A stretch of 64,000 nucleotides of DNA from Eledone cirrhosa. Lineage: Eukaryota. The number at the start of each line of letters is the position of its first letter. Positions within the stretch are counted from its first letter, which is position 1. Below the pieces are notes generated by a model, which was given only the letters and a program-made list of their open reading frames with translations, was not told where the DNA came from and did no database searches. This document shows, piece after piece, positions 25,011 to 39,886 of this stretch. Location of the stretch: positions 30,876,001 to 30,940,000 of the forward strand of contig OZ024745.1 in the NCBI GenBank assembly GCA_964016885.1, in the 5' to 3' direction. The translations under genes were made by a program, and so were the position numbers.

Positions 25011-27984
25011 TTGCTTGCAATGATGAATTTGTTAGCTATACTTAAATATTTCTAGTGACTTTAGTGAAGGGATTTGTTGATAGTGATGAGAGTTGTGATA
25101 GTCATTCGACAGTCATCTCGTCTCACAATGTTTTAATGATCCAAACAAAGCCTTGGTGTATTAAGGGGCTTTTGGGGGCTTAAGTCCCTCCAATAATGTG
25201 GAAACTTGTTGAATGATCTTGGTTTTTACTCTAAATATGTTAGTATGATCATGTTTTTAATTTCTATCTTGGCCTCGAATTGGTGATAAAGAAATTTGAG
25301 CTAATAATAATTGTTTATACTTTTGGCACAAGGCCAGCAATTATCCCAGTGCATTACTGGTACTTTATTTATCGACACCCTTAAAAATGAAAGGCAAAGT
25401 TAACCATAAAGGGCCGTAACTATGCTGCAAAGCGTGTTGTTCGATGCTCTACTGATACTGCCAATCCACCGCTGTATGATCTAATAATAATACACATGTA
25501 CAGTATATATACTTAAAACCCTCCAACCTCCAAACTGTAACGGAAGCTCTGCAAATGATAACGAAGATATTCTACCAAAAATCGACAGTTTTTGGCGACG
25601 GCTGTCCCAGTCGTTCCATCAAAAGAATAACCAGCTCGTGAAATTAGCGAACAAGTTGCTGAGAATTCCTTTGTACCTTAATATAATTCTCAGAAAGATT
25701 CAACATAACAAGATGTGAAGTGTATGACAGGACTAGCGCTTTGAATTTACACATACAGATCATCTAATGGTTATCTTAATGTCACCATAGTCAGAAACGT
25801 TGATATGATAGTCCAGTCTTATAAGAAGGATATGGAGTAGAGCAAGCTCATTAGTAGACAGGAGTACTGTATAAATAATGATTATTTCGTTAACTTATAA
25901 TGATGGTAGTATGATAATTATAATAATATGATATAATGGTGATTTAGGCACAAGGCCAAGAATTTCGGAGGGAGAGGAAAGTCGATTAAATCGACCATTA
26001 TAATAATATAGTATAATAACAATAATAACTATTATAATTATATTATATAATTATTGACACACTGCCATAATTGTGGGGAGAAAAAGGTAGAGTCGATTAA
26101 ATCCATCTCAGTATTTAACTGGTAAATAAACCAACGACGGAATTTGGGCAAATAAGAGACGTCTCTACGACAGCAGCGAAGACCTTTTCAGTATCAGGTG
26201 CATGCCGGGACACAAGGAGCTGTGGGACCGTATTTTCCTATGGATATGAAGAAATTACTAGGAATTCACTCTAATGTAATTCCTGTTATTGATTAATCTA
26301 GGGGGGGGGGGGGGGGGCTTTCAAATATCACCAACGACACCATGATGCTCTGAATTCGTCAACAAGGGCGTAGATTTCTTAATTTCACTCTAGAATAAAA
26401 TGGGAATGTGTGACGTTCGGGTATTCAATAAGATACGCGGTGAATTGGCAGAGTCGTTAGAACGTCCAACAGAACGCTTTGGGGGTGTTCGTTTCAGCTC
26501 TCTGAACTCTGAGTTCAAATCCGCCGAGGTCAATTTTGCTTTTCATATATTCGAGGTCGATAAAAAAAAGTACCAGTCTAGTACTGGGGGGCGATACTTC
26601 GTCTATATGTCTCTTTCTCATTCACTATCTTTCTCTGGAAGAAATCTGCTGTGTTCATATCTGGAGAAGAAATGAGCTCCGCGAAGGTTAAAAAAACGGT
26701 CAAGAATAGCCGTATGTCAATATGGCGCCCCTACAACTCAATCAAAAGTTAAGTGTAGATACATATATACATACATTTAACAAAAGCATTAAGGACGTGG
26801 GTGGGCTTAAATTAATCTAACTATAATTAGAAACTGGGTCGTAGAATCACTCCATCGAAAACCTCCAATGAACACCGAAAGTTGATCTATTTATAAAAAG
26901 ATCTGTCTGATAATTCGAGATATTGATTTCACCTCAACGTTGTAAAGGTTGTAAAGATGTCTGACTTCATGACAGTCATGTTATCTAAGTGACTTGTGTT
27001 TCGCAGGCCGAAAGGTAAAAGGTATCCTATTTCTGGAAGAGAGCCTCGAACCATTTGCAATAATTGAATGAAACTAATATTTCCGTCTCATCAAACATTG
27101 AAAGTCTAAAGCCAGTGTGGTGAGATTTAATCAGTTGATCAGTGTGATGGTATTATGAGGTTTTTACATTGCCAGTTTGGTGTTGATATTTTGAGGAGTG
27201 TGGATTGTGTTGAAACTATTCTATAGTAAATGTGTTTTGGCATGTATGCATGTTTTTATAGTAACTTATTATAGTTGATATGCTGACATTTATATAACTG
27301 TGCGTTTACAGAGTCACCACAAATAACGGTACCAATGGTATGGTATCTTACCAATGGTATGGTACCTTCTTACGACAATGAGGACCAAATGTAGAAAAAA
27401 AAGTATTTTGACAAGAAAAATACAACTCCAAAAATGATAAAATAGAAAGAAAGAAAATCGAGAAGAAAAATAGAGTAAGGGAAAAGGGGAGAAGGGAACA
27501 ACAGACCGCCCCTATTTCCCCCTTTACTTTTTCATGGGGGCGGCAAGACTCACCGCAGAGCGTGAAGAAAAATTTGGGGAGGGTAAAACAATTTCTCAAA
27601 AGAAGAACGCAAGATGCGTATGAATGAGGTGTAGTCTCTCCATCATTCTTGCCAGGTCACCTTGTTTGGTCTCCAGGAATTCTTGTATGGCTTTCAAGTT
27701 AGGTGTTCCCTAGCCAGGACAGGCTGAATGCTGCGTATGATGTCAAATTGAGTTTCGTCGTAGCTCACATTTATCACATCGAACATGGACGGGTTAATCT
27801 CAAGTCCGAGGAATGATAGGGCTGGGATGATGTTCTGATAGTCGACAGAGTCACCTAAGTCACCCAGTGTCCATACTCCAGACATTGAAAAATATTTTCT
27901 CAACTTGGTATCTATCCTGTTGATACAACTCTTTATTCTTGTCTTAATGGCAAGTATGATATGTTGGGTAAATTCAAATTGACA

Positions 27985-28810
27985 GCTGATCTTGAATATG
28001 ACATTCGATCTGTTGTTGAGTGAGGCAAGAAATGGCCTATTACCTCTAATGCATCTAATATTAAACTATCTTTTAATCGCCATAGAGAACTACTTTTACC
28101 CTCGATTAATATGGCTGATCATCTCCAAGAGAGCAACCCTATAAGCCTTCTTGGTCTGACATTTTCTGACGGTTTGAGCTGGAATGATTATATAACGTTG
28201 ATTGCCAAGTCTGCTGCTCAGAAAGGCGGTTCATATGCCAGCATATTTTTCACAACTGAAAATATCTACAAATATACAATTCGTCCTTGTATTGAGTACT
28301 GTTGCCACATCTAGTCTGATGCTTCTATGGTGCACACCTTGAGAGTCTAGATAAGATCTAAGGGAGAATCGTCAACATTATTGGTCCTGGCTTATAATGT
28401 CATCTTCAATCATTATCACACCGTCGAAAAGTTGCCCCTCTTTGCCTTTTTATATAAATATTTTCATGGGAATTATTCTGATGAGCTTTCCACTTTGTTA
28501 CCTCCTATTCACGAGTTTAAACGGAGCATTAGATTGGCGGCTAGGTCTCATTCACATTAATTTACAGTTGAAGTTCCTAAATGCAGTTGCTAATTCTGAT
28601 TTGATAGTTTCTTCCCCCACACATCTCGCCTTTGGAATCTCTTCCGGTTTCTTGATTTCCTGACCACTACAATTTGCAAAAATTCAAAAGTAGCATCAAT
28701 CGTCATCTCTCTCTTCTTAAATCATGTTCTTTCTGTCTCATCCTTTTCCTCTCTCAGTAACACCTTACATTTTAGTAGCTTTATTACTTTGCTAAGAGTG
28801 AGCAAAATAA
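27985..28810 (+). mobile_element. CR1/L2-group LINE 3' portion, degenerate
   Basis: LLGLTFSDGLSWNDYI..IAK.A, YK..IRPCIEYCCHI, LQSLSHRRKVA..FYKYFHG; stops and frameshifts. Confidence 0.8.
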
Positions 28811-30489
28811 TAATTCGATCAACGCTTCCCTGGCTTGGTTATTAGACCACTCTAAACATATCACAACCTGTCGTGTATTTTATTACATAAGATTTTAATG
28901 ATACAAAATTCTAAACACGATAACAAAACGTTTATTTCCGGTTATTAATCTTATCTTAAGACTTCCTTTCATGACTGCCTTTTCATGTTGATTTACACTT
29001 TTCTAGTAGGTAACTTCTTTTTCTGTGAAGGTAACCTAAATATTTATATCTCAATGCATTATAGTAAACAGCTTTAAAAGATTTTTTTCTTTCTCAACTT
29101 GAAAGTTGTAAAACAGCATTTACGTTCTGTTTTATTTATTTTGTTCTATTATTTGTTATTATTCTCTTGAAGCAGAGAAGTATTTCTATGGATTTTAATG
29201 TGTCTGTAGAGAAAAACAAATTACCTAAGGACTACAGCAGCGCCTCGAATAAGCAAACGGGCGGAGTTAGGTAATATGTTGATTAAAAAAAATTGCGGAT
29301 TAGCGAATCGTTTGGTGAATGTTCGTCTGTTCGACAGAAGGCGACCTTTTCTAAGAAGAACGAAGTGTGTGCGGGGAAGGGAGTCGTGTTCAGAAACGAA
29401 AATGCGAAAAGTATGACACAACAAAGCACTGTAAAGAAAAGTAACTTTCAAAGCAATAACGTCATTATAGAATTTATAGAATAATTATAGGACTGATAGG
29501 ACACTGCATCCATGTGAAGTCTTCTTCTTCTTCTTCTTCTTCTTCTTCAACCAAATCTTACTGACTTCAAACAATGAAGGACACGTTAGATAATTTAGTC
29601 CAAAAAAGACGTCACGGTTCCAACGTGGATTGGCTATTGATAGTAAAACGTCTTATTACAAAATACATCAACATAGAACACTTATGACAGCATACAAACC
29701 ACCAAGTACTCGTCTAGCTCTTCTACACCTTATCCACTCAGTCGTTCAAGCATTTATGTCAAGCGAAGTAAATTCTTTGTTACGAGCGTTTTCTGGTAAG
29801 GAGCGAGTTTGTCCTAATTCACTAAAATAAATCAGGTTTCTGTACCACTAGAAAATATATTTCAGTTTTTCTTTTAGAAATATCTAGAAATATCTTTTCA
29901 GTTTTCTAACAGCTAACACCTACACATCAATTAGGTAAATATTTCATTTCAATCATCGCCTCTTAGTAATAAACCGAAGTTGTTTTTACAGAGGTGTCTT
30001 TCATTTCATTAACTGTACGTAAGCCTTCTTAGAACATGTATAAGTTTCATATGGCGAGTTGTTTAGGAAGAATTATTATACATGTTGTTTCATTGGTAAA
30101 GAACATTTGCAGACGACAGCTCTCTCTCTCTTTCTGGCATTCTCCTGACAGCTGCATCAACCAACTAAAATCTTGACTTGAAAACGATCAAATTACGTTT
30201 AGCTTCTACGAAAGCCACCATAATCATTCTTGCCAGCAAGGTCAAAATATTTCAAATACAAACAAAAATCACATTAAGCATCTTAAACCACAACTAAAAC
30301 ATACAGTAGCCAGTGAGGGAGCTTGCTTCTGCATTATCGCTGGACCTGCTAGTAATAGTAGTAAAATACTTTATTTTGCGCGAAATACTGGAAATCAAAT
30401 AAACTATGGACATATGATAGATATTCTAGCTCCAGCTAATAATTGGGAGTTAATACATTGTTATTGAAAGTCGTAGTAAATATATCTGA

Positions 30490-30660
30490 GGTGAAGGCAC
30501 ATGGCTTAGTGTTTAGCATGTTAGGCTTATGATCGTCGTGTCCTTTAGTAAAACACTTTATTTCATGTAATTACAATCCACACTGTTGATAAAGGTGAGT
30601 TGTACCTGTAATTCAAACGGCCAACCTTGTCACGCTCCGTATCACCCTGAATATCCCTGA
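30490..30660 (+). mobile_element. Second tRNA-SINE family (CORE/V-like domain), degenerate; another copy at 50420-50537 (minus)
   Basis: GTGAAGGCGTGTGGCAGAGTGGTTAG...GTTCGATTCC...GTCCTTGAGCAAGACACTTTATTTCAC, clearest in the 50420-50537 copy. Confidence 0.65.
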
Positions 30661-31493
30661 GCGTTGTTCAAATAACTGAAATACTCGTCGTCAGGACCGA
30701 CGGAAATCCAACACACATTCGCACACAATATATCTGAGAAAGGCTTTAGATCACCTGGTGCTCGCGTGTCTTCTTTAACGGTGTAATATATAAGTCTCGA
30801 CTAGACAAATAAATATTATTGTTTCTTCCTAAATAGGTCACCTGGTTCCTAAGCTGTACCGATTATAAGAGAATATATATAGTATTACGGAAAGAAAGCT
30901 GATGTAAAATTGAGATATTTGAAGAAATATGAGAAATATCGGTTTCTCTTTCGTTAAGTAAAGGTTCGTTAGGTTATTCAAAGGCATAAAAATCGAGACA
31001 AGCCTTTCGAAATTTTGTTTGATAACTGTACTGGGTTAAGATTGGAGGAAAATAACTTTGTGCAGATTATGTTCAATGCCTGGAAACTATTTAGAAAATA
31101 ACATATATAAGTGATCGTTGTTTTGAGCCACGAATAGAAAGAAATACCGAACATTCCTAAGGTGCGGGGAAATGTAACGAACAAAAAAAAAGAGCAAATC
31201 TATAATGGGAAATCAAAGGAGAGAACATTATAAGCTGAGCCGTTACACAGAGCAAGAGAAAGCTTTTGTTCATGTATCATTGTTGATGTTGTGGCTTTTT
31301 TTTTCATGCCATTTTTTCTTCCACGGCAAAAAGCACATTACATTAGACAAAGAAGGATAACAAAAGTTGTTTGGTGTGTATGGGGATTAAAAGTTTGCCA
31401 CAGTAACAACCACTAGAGGATTCTCCATATGAAAACGTTTTCAATATTCTTTTTTCGTATATTTCCCTTCCTTCTTCTGGTTTATACTATATA

Positions 31494-31616
<123 letters not shown>

Positions 31617-31790
31617 TGCGTGTGTGTGTATGTATATAACTGTATATGTATATATAAAACACACACGCATATATATATATTGTGTTGGTGGTCGTGTTGG
31701 TGGTCGTGGTGGTGAAGGAGGTGGTGGCGGTGGATGTGGTGGTTTAGCTTCCTGTTAGCCATAATCGAGCAACCTTGTCTTTATAGTACA

Positions 31791-32637
31791 CTAGCAGTGG
31801 TACCCGGCGTTGCACGGGATAAGATATTTTAAAACGCAAGCCGCCAATAGACCTAAAAACTGCATGCCTGGACAATATGTAAAGAAAATAAACCGAATAC
31901 TCAGATGGCTAGATAATCTTTAAGATTTTCCTCGATGAAGCAGGAAAAATGCAGGGTTTTTTTATGTGCATAATATGCCTTGAAATTTCGGGAAAATCGG
32001 CTAGACGTAATGCCTCCAAAAAGCCCTAAGAGGCTGAAAAAATGAAGTTTTAATCACCTAATGCTGGCCCTAGGCCATAAGAAAGTTGGATTTTCTTTGC
32101 TTACGGTATGAAGAAGAGACTGACTAATGCATAGTTACAATTTCAAGGAAATTGGTCTGATGTAACGCCTCAAAAAAACCCTAAAAATGTTAAACAACGC
32201 AGTTTTTCACCTAATGCGGGCCCTAGGAGATAAAAAAAAGTTGAATTTTTGTATGTGCATAACACTCCCTGAAACATAAGTAATACACATGTAAAGTTTG
32301 AAAAAAATCGGTTAGGTACTTCTCGAGTTTTAGGGATTCAAACTCACACACATACACAGACATCCTCAAGGAAGTGACGCAATGCAGACAGTCAGACATA
32401 CAGACAGATATTATAAGGGTGCGACGTTATAAGTATGTATCTATCTAAAAAGAGAAAGACTAAGAATTAAGAGCGAGATCGCTAAATCGCCTAATGTGGT
32501 CCCTGGGGCATAGAAAATTTGAAATTCTTTTGCTCAGACCACTCCCTGAAACATAAGTATTACATGTGTAAAGTTTGAAAACAGTGATTCGAACTCACAC
32601 ACACACAGACAGACATCCTCAGTTTTATATATATAGA
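31791..32637 (-). mobile_element. Non-autonomous Helitron
   Basis: Minus strand starts TCTATATATATAAAA and ends CCCGTGCAACGCCGGG hairpin...CTAG; inserted between A and T; three internal CCTAATG.GG.CCT.GG repeats. Confidence 0.88.
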
Positions 32638-33159
32638 TAAGTTAAAGGGCTCTTAACTACCTGTGGAGACGTAAGAGCATCCTCCTGACACACGGCACAT
32701 GTTGAGCATTTTAAACCTAGCGGAGCCCATCTCGTACCAAGTGGTAACACAGCTGATGTCTTCCAAAGGAAGAAAGAAAGCTGGTAATAAAGAGAGATAG
32801 AAGAAACAAATTCATCCTAGTATTCATCTGGTACTTTATTTATCGACTTCAAAACGATGAAAGACATTTTTAATCCGAGACCCTAACGAGTCTGCCAATT
32901 CGTCGGCTTCCTTTTTGTATATACAACACTATTTAACAAAGTGTTCTTTTTTTTATCTAAGATGGTAGATTGTTGTTTCGGGGAAAACTGACTACTTTTT
33001 CTAGCAGACCGGGTGTCCATATAGAGGTTGGTCGCGTAGTCACGTAGCGTTGATTTCTTTCATTGCAGTAACAAAATAGAGCGAAAGCTAAATAACTGAG
33101 CGCTGGCACGTAATGAACAATAAACTTCATTGAAACACTTATATGCACCCTTACACACA

Positions 33160-33230
<71 letters not shown>

Positions 33231-33449
33231 GTATATATATATATATAATATATATATATACACACAAACACACACATACACATAACGCACCCACCCACAC
33301 ACCCACACACACTTATATATACATACGCACACCCACATGTACATTACACAATACATGATTGAATGACGACACAAGGCACGACTACATACATACATACATA
33401 CATACATACATACATACATACATACATACATACATACATACATACATAC

Positions 33450-35322
33450 ATGATGGCTGCAAACTCTGCTAAGAGTATTGCAATCGCTTGTCAGATTCAG
33501 ATGTGTGACGCTCGGATATGGCTTTTCAAGCCTGCTAGAGACTTGCACTCCTTCACACACTGACGACAACTCTCCCTGGCTTGAGGTCCGGCATCAGGTT
33601 GCCCGTGAACCCTCACAACACCGTGGAGATCATAGTTCACTGGTTCTCTTTGAACATGGCTGCAACTGTGGCTCCTGAGACCAGATTTACTCAAGCAAAT
33701 TTTTCCACACTCAGGGCACTTCAATTCAATGGAGACACCGATCGTTTCGAGAGATACACCAGGGCATTGCTTGCGCACATCCCGTTTGATCTTCTCGTGC
33801 TCTATGCGTCTGTCCTCAAAATTATGGACCCCATCATTCACCATTCCACGCCAAGATTCTCTTTTAAGAGCTTCTATCTCCCAGTCAGCCATCATCAAAC
33901 CAGTTTTGTCAATGAATCCTTTACACAATCCTTGAATCGGAGCCTTGGCTTGTGAGGTGGTCTTTTACCCTCACAAAGCTTGCCATACAAGACTTGTTTT
34001 GGGATTCGATCATCCTCCATTCTGCAGAGGTGTCCGGTCCATCGCAAACGCCGTTGGTGGATGATAATCTCAATGCTCCGACACTCACATCTCTCAAGGA
34101 CTTCAACATCACTCACATGCATCTGCCACTTGATACCGAGTATCTTTCTGAGACACTGCTGGTGAAACCGTTCCAGTCTGTGGATATGCCGTTTGTAGGC
34201 AACCCATGTCTCACATGCATACAGCAAAGCTGACAATATACAAGCAGCATACACTCTCACCTTGGTCCTCATTGTGATTCCTCGCCTGCACCAAAGACGG
34301 TCGTTGAGCCTTCCAAATGACTCACTTGCCTTACTAACACGTAGACCAACTTCTGCATCCAGAGAACAGGCCACACTCAGAGTACTCCCCAAATACACAA
34401 ATGTGTCAGCAGCCTTCAGCTTTTGACCGTATACGTATATGGAGGGTTCATTGAAAACTTTATCCGGAGCAGGTTGGTACATACGACAGTCTTCTTCAGA
34501 CTGATTGTCAGTCCCAAAGCACTGCACGCATTGGAAAAAGAATCCATAAGGTGTTGCATGTCACTCTGGGAGTGTGCAAAGAGATCACAATCATCTCCAT
34601 ATAAAAATTCTCTGATCAAGTTACTCAGTACCTTAGTGTTGCCAGTGAGACACCTACGGTTAAACAGCTTGCTGGAAGTGCGATATCTGAGATAGATACC
34701 GTGTTGACAATACCTGAAAGCCATGAAGAACACCATTGCGAAATACAATGCAAACAAAGTTGGTGCAGGTATATCACCCTGCTTGACACCATTTTCAACC
34801 GAGATTGGCTCAGACAGTTTACCTCCAGCATTTACCCATGCCTGCATGTCATCGTGGAAGAGTTTCAGAATGTTCACAAACTTTTCAGGTGAGATCGACA
34901 AAAACTTAAAATGAGGAAAGACTGTGCACTGAGCCAATCCCACTCTCTGAGCGACAGTAGCTATAACCCGAAAAGAAGAAAAGATCAACATCATCGGTAA
35001 CTACTGAGCTGCAGGTTTTATATCAAAGTTATCCCAGTTTCCTGAGTTGCCTTCTTCTAGAAGAATGCCCTGACAAAGACTAGGGTCCTTCACTCCCTGT
35101 GGTTTAACCGCGCGATCGGGTGTCCAGCTAGACTATTTCTATGTCCCCGCGCATATACATGCACATGCACCCATGTATATACACATATACATATACATAC
35201 ATATGTACATGTGTACATGTGTACATACATATTTACACACTTTGGGATGGCCGTTGACTCTTATGAGTTCTTCCGCCCTTTGTCAGGTTTTGTTTTTTGT
35301 CCTGCAGGGTGTCCCAAATCAC
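33450..35322 (-). mobile_element. Internally deleted RTE LINE (5'UTR fused to mid-RT)
   Basis: GVKQGDIPAPTLF, FLYGDDC, FVYLGS, LLYACETW, FHQQCLRKIL and two C2H2 fingers across three frameshifted ORFs; no endonuclease or N-terminal RT; (GTAT)n tail. Confidence 0.9.
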
Positions 35323-36596
35323 ATATATACATACATACTTACATACATGAACAGATCATACCAGATAGAAAATAAAAGTGAAAAGACAAAACTTTAGAAG
35401 GTGAATCATTAATTAAATTGGTTCCACATTCCACTGAAATCATAAGATGGTTGCTTTTGATCTTAACCATTGCTCTTCTCTCCTTTTCTGCCACTGATTA
35501 CTGAGTATTTCGATGAATGGATTAGTTAACAACCCTGAGAAAATGGTTTCTCATTTAGGCACAAGACCAACAGTTTTGTGAACGAGAAAGTAAAGGGACA
35601 TAACCCTATGCAGTAAAGCATGTTGTCCGTCTCTCTGTCGATACTGTCAATCCACCACCCTGAGATAATGGTTTCTCATTTAGGCACAAGGCTAACAATT
35701 TTGTGAGAAAGAAAGTCGATTAAAGTCGGCCCCAGTGCGTTACTCGTACTTTATTTTATTAATCCCGTAAGGATGAAAAGCAAAGCTAACCTCGGTGGGA
35801 TTTGAACTTATTTATCGACTCCAAAAGTTGACCTTGATGAGATTGCAATTCACAGTGCAAAAATCCGAAATAATTACCACAAGACATAAGTTTCGAAGCT
35901 CTAATGACTGGGCGCAGTGTTTAGCATGTCGTTTTTTGCAGATGTATTTATATCCGCCTGGTCGCTATGAAATACAAAGAATTAACCTGGGGAGTCCCAT
36001 ATTCAATGTTTTGAAGAGCAGAAAGTGTGTCTGCCGTTTAATAAATGTATATGACATATTTCATTTAGGTTACCTAGAATTTGTCTTTCAACGCCTTCAT
36101 AATATTATTTTTGAATTAAATGCAGTGATGACTTTCATGATAGTTTCAGAATTGTGAAACTGGTTTTTACGTACGCGGCTGCCACATTTCAGCTCGCTAC
36201 TATATCGCTCTATAATAGATAATCGCATTTAAAGTTCGTTAAAGGTTCTTGGCACTACCATTGTTACTATCGCTTTCCTCTAGCGATGGGACTTGGAGAC
36301 ATGAGCCGAATGCTACCATTCGATGTGGGACTGCTATTTCTAATAACCATCCTTTCACCTCTTATTAATTTGTGTGTGAGACACGTTGGCTGAGGACTTT
36401 TGACGGGAACGAAAAGATTTGTTTTCTATTCTCCCGCCACCACGTAAAGTTTGTAAATCGGTGGCTAGTCGAGGGACAGAGTTGAATCGGGTTCCAGTTG
36501 TTAATCACTTTACCGTGTCGGTTGTCACAAACAGTCATGACTGGCATGGGCTGGGGTTTGGATTCTGTCGATCGATTGGTTCTTGATTAGGCGATA

Positions 36597-36707
36597 CCCG
36601 CTGATGAAGCCGCATAAGCCGATTGTGCATTGTTGCATAATATATGCAGACGGATGGTGCAGTGCACCTTATTGCTGCATTAAGTGCGGCCGAAACTCGA
36701 GTCCGGG
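36597..36707 (+). ncRNA. Type I hammerhead with long stem II and palindromic stem III
   Basis: CCCG-CTGATGA-AGCCGCA...TGCGGCC-GAAA-CTCGAG-TC-CGGG; GUC site. Confidence 0.8.
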
Positions 36708-36862
36708 AACTATTATAGGCACCCGTTTTACGTGTGTTGTATTGAAGCGAATAACTATGTGTATACTCTGGGAATGTATCTTACATTGCCCATGGAGTAC
36801 GCTGAGATACAACCGGTCCTGGCATTGATAAATATTCTGGGTCCGTCAACTCCTTATCGATC

Positions 36863-37159
36863 ATGAATACCACGAGCTTGCTAGTTACGTAAGTCTGATA
36901 TTTGATTTCGGATTCATAGAAACACTTTAAACGGATAACGTTTGATTTGTCCAGGTGTATTTTTTCTCAACCTGTTAGTTCTTTCGTTACTTTGGTATTG
37001 AGTGTTAGATTTTGCCTACCACAATGTTCAATTTGTCAAGCTATTTAAACGTATGTTATTACTCTAAGGACCTACCTTGTCGAGTGCTTTGCTAACTCAT
37101 TCATATAGTAGGTCGAATTTGCTTGCACACCGCCAAAGATTCGATTTTACTAAGCATCC

Positions 37160-37165
<6 letters not shown>
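36863..37165 (+). pseudogene. Possible intron-containing 5' start of a PLE ORF downstream of the hammerhead
   Basis: ATG at 36863; GTAAGT..CCAG intron 36889-36954; spliced frame MNTTSLLVTCIFSQPVSSFVTLVLSVRFCLPQCSICQAI*; ends at (TA)n. Confidence 0.4.
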
Positions 37166-37250
<85 letters not shown>

Positions 37251-37254
37251 AACA

Positions 37255-37285
<31 letters not shown>

Positions 37286-37587
37286 GTGTTATGTGTGTTT
37301 GTGTTCTGGTGTGTCTGTGTGAGTGTCTGTGTGTGGGGAAGGTATTTGTGATAATGATAAAATCTATTGTTCTATGTTTGCGAATCTGGCCATTATTAAT
37401 CTTCTGTTGACTACGTTAGGCTGACGAACAACTCGTAAATGTTACAGTCCCTTCATGTTTAAAGATTAGCTAAGAGAGATAAGATAGCGTTTAATACTGA
37501 TAACAGGGCATAAACTAGAGAACACCAACTTATTATGTTCAGTAACCCTGCATCGTAAACCCGCATTGTAACCATACAGCTATAGGA

Positions 37588-37654
<67 letters not shown>

Positions 37655-37913
37655 GTGACAACATCGAAAATACCTGCCCTGAATATATTGCAGTGTGAAT
37701 AATTACATAATGGCTATATGGTGAGATCATATCAATTCGAAAATTGATGCCATTGAAATGTGCATAATAGCAATGACATAATTAATAAAATGGTATAAGA
37801 TTCCAGAATACGGTCTTATTCTTCATTCTTTTATTTATATATATATAGAAAGATAGAAAGATAGGTAGATAAATAGATAGATAGATAAATAGATAGATAG
37901 ATAGATTGATAGT

Positions 37914-37976
<63 letters not shown>

Positions 37977-38215
37977 GGGCACAAAAGAAGGGGACAAATA
38001 CAAAGGGGGAGGTTTACATACAATGAAAACGTGATATATAAATAGCTAGATAGATAAATAGATTGATTGATTGATAGATAGATAGCACGCATGAACAAGA
38101 ATACCTTGACGATCGAACATTTTAAAAATAGAAATAGAAGCTATCACTGTAAATTGACTTCACTCTAATGTCATATAAACCCCTATAACGGGAAAATGGG
38201 CATTAGCGTATATTT

Positions 38216-38317
<102 letters not shown>

Positions 38318-38444
38318 CCACTCTCAAGCGTGAAACTAATACTAATACTAATATCATTAGTATTAGTAAACTAATACTAATATCATTTGTACTGCCTCTT
38401 CGTTTTTCTGTTTTTTGTTCTCTGTTTATTTATTAAACTATATA

Positions 38445-38490
<46 letters not shown>

Positions 38491-38499
<9 letters not shown>

Positions 38500-38597
38500 G
38501 CAAGTTTTAAGAACTATTAGTTAAAATATATACAATATTTCCTCTCCTTATTGTATAGATTTTATCCTATAGTTCTTCAAACTTGTAATTTTATATA
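38491..38597. repeat. Imperfect foldback palindrome (about 47-bp arms) abutting (TA)n
   Basis: TATAAAATTGCAAGTTTTAAGAACTAT...TACAATA versus TATTGTA...ATAGTTCTTCAAACTTGTAATTTTATA. Confidence 0.8.
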
Positions 38598-38719
38598 TAC
38601 CTCTGATTAACGATTATTTGCTTATTTAATTCTTCATTGAGCCACACCGTGAAGGGTAGCCAAACTTTTATATGTATCTGTGACTATGTCTAATTATATA
38701 CATATATCCCTTTGAATTT

Positions 38720-38816
<97 letters not shown>

Positions 38817-39349
38817 ATGCCTGTATGTTGTATGCATAGGTATATGTATATATGTATGTATGTAGTATGTATTTATGTATGCATGTATATATGTATGTAT
38901 GTACATACATATGTATGCAGTGTATAATGTACATATATAAGTTCTTTGATGATTTCTATATATAAGTAAGAATGGATATATTATGCCATAGTAAATTGAA
39001 GCTAATGTGTCGTCATAGGTGGCATAAGATAATGTTTATACCTGCCTGTAGGGCGTATTTTGATAATTTCAATACAAACTGGTCTTGTGAGATGGTGGGG
39101 TAGAAATATTGGCTCTGAACCGGCCTAAATAGACTTATTATTATTGGTAGTATTGACATAGTAATTCTTCAACTGCTGTTTGAAAATTATACACCTATAT
39201 AAACACTAAATACGTATGTATGTGTGTACGTAAATATGTATGTATATATGCATGCATGCATGTATGCATGCATAGGGATGGATGGATGGTCGGACAGACG
39301 GATGTATGTAATATGCATGCATGTTATGTATGTATGATGTATGTATAGG

Positions 39350-39540
39350 GGCGGTGAATTGGCAGTATCGGTAGAGGGTGGGACGCCATGCTTTGACGCA
39401 TAGAGTTACGGCCCTTGCCATTCTGAGTTCAAATCCCGCCGAGGTTAACTTTGCCTTTCATCCTTACGGGGTCGATAAAATAAAGTACCAGTAATGTACT
39501 GGGTAATTGCAGGCCTTGTGTCAATAGTAGAAACAATTAT
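39350..39540 (+). mobile_element. Full-length tRNA-SINE (main family)
   Basis: GGCGGTGAATTGGCAGTATCGG (A box), GAGTTCAAATCC (B box), GTAGAAACAATTAT tail. Confidence 0.88.
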
Positions 39541-39886
39541 GTATGTATGTATATATATATGTATATATATATGTATGTATGTATCTACATATGTATATAT
39601 ACTTATATGTGCGTGTGTGGGCGAAGTGGTGTTCGTGTGTGAGTGTGTAAATGTGTGCCTGCTGAAAGACACTAGGAAATGTTAAATGGGACAGGCACAC
39701 GTACAATTACGCACACGTACAATTACACACACACACAATCAACAAATGGTAGTTATCTAGCTTGTTTATTATTCCTATCAACAACTTGTATTGAATACCT
39801 TTACTAGTTTACCTGCTCTGTGTACAAATTCCACCTTACCTAAACTTCTAAATCCATTTATATGAATTATCAAAAGAAAATGATAC

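Noticed and set aside
27600-27903. Coding-like minus-strand frame (69 aa plus a frameshifted continuation)
   Set aside because: No motif I recognise; probably an old transposon remnant
36286-36375. Signal-peptide-like exon MGLGDMSRMLPFDVGLLFLITILSPLINLC
   Set aside because: Weak donor, lies next to PLE-like sequence, no independent support
39350-39440. tRNA genes
   Set aside because: The A and B boxes belong to SINE heads; no cloverleaf
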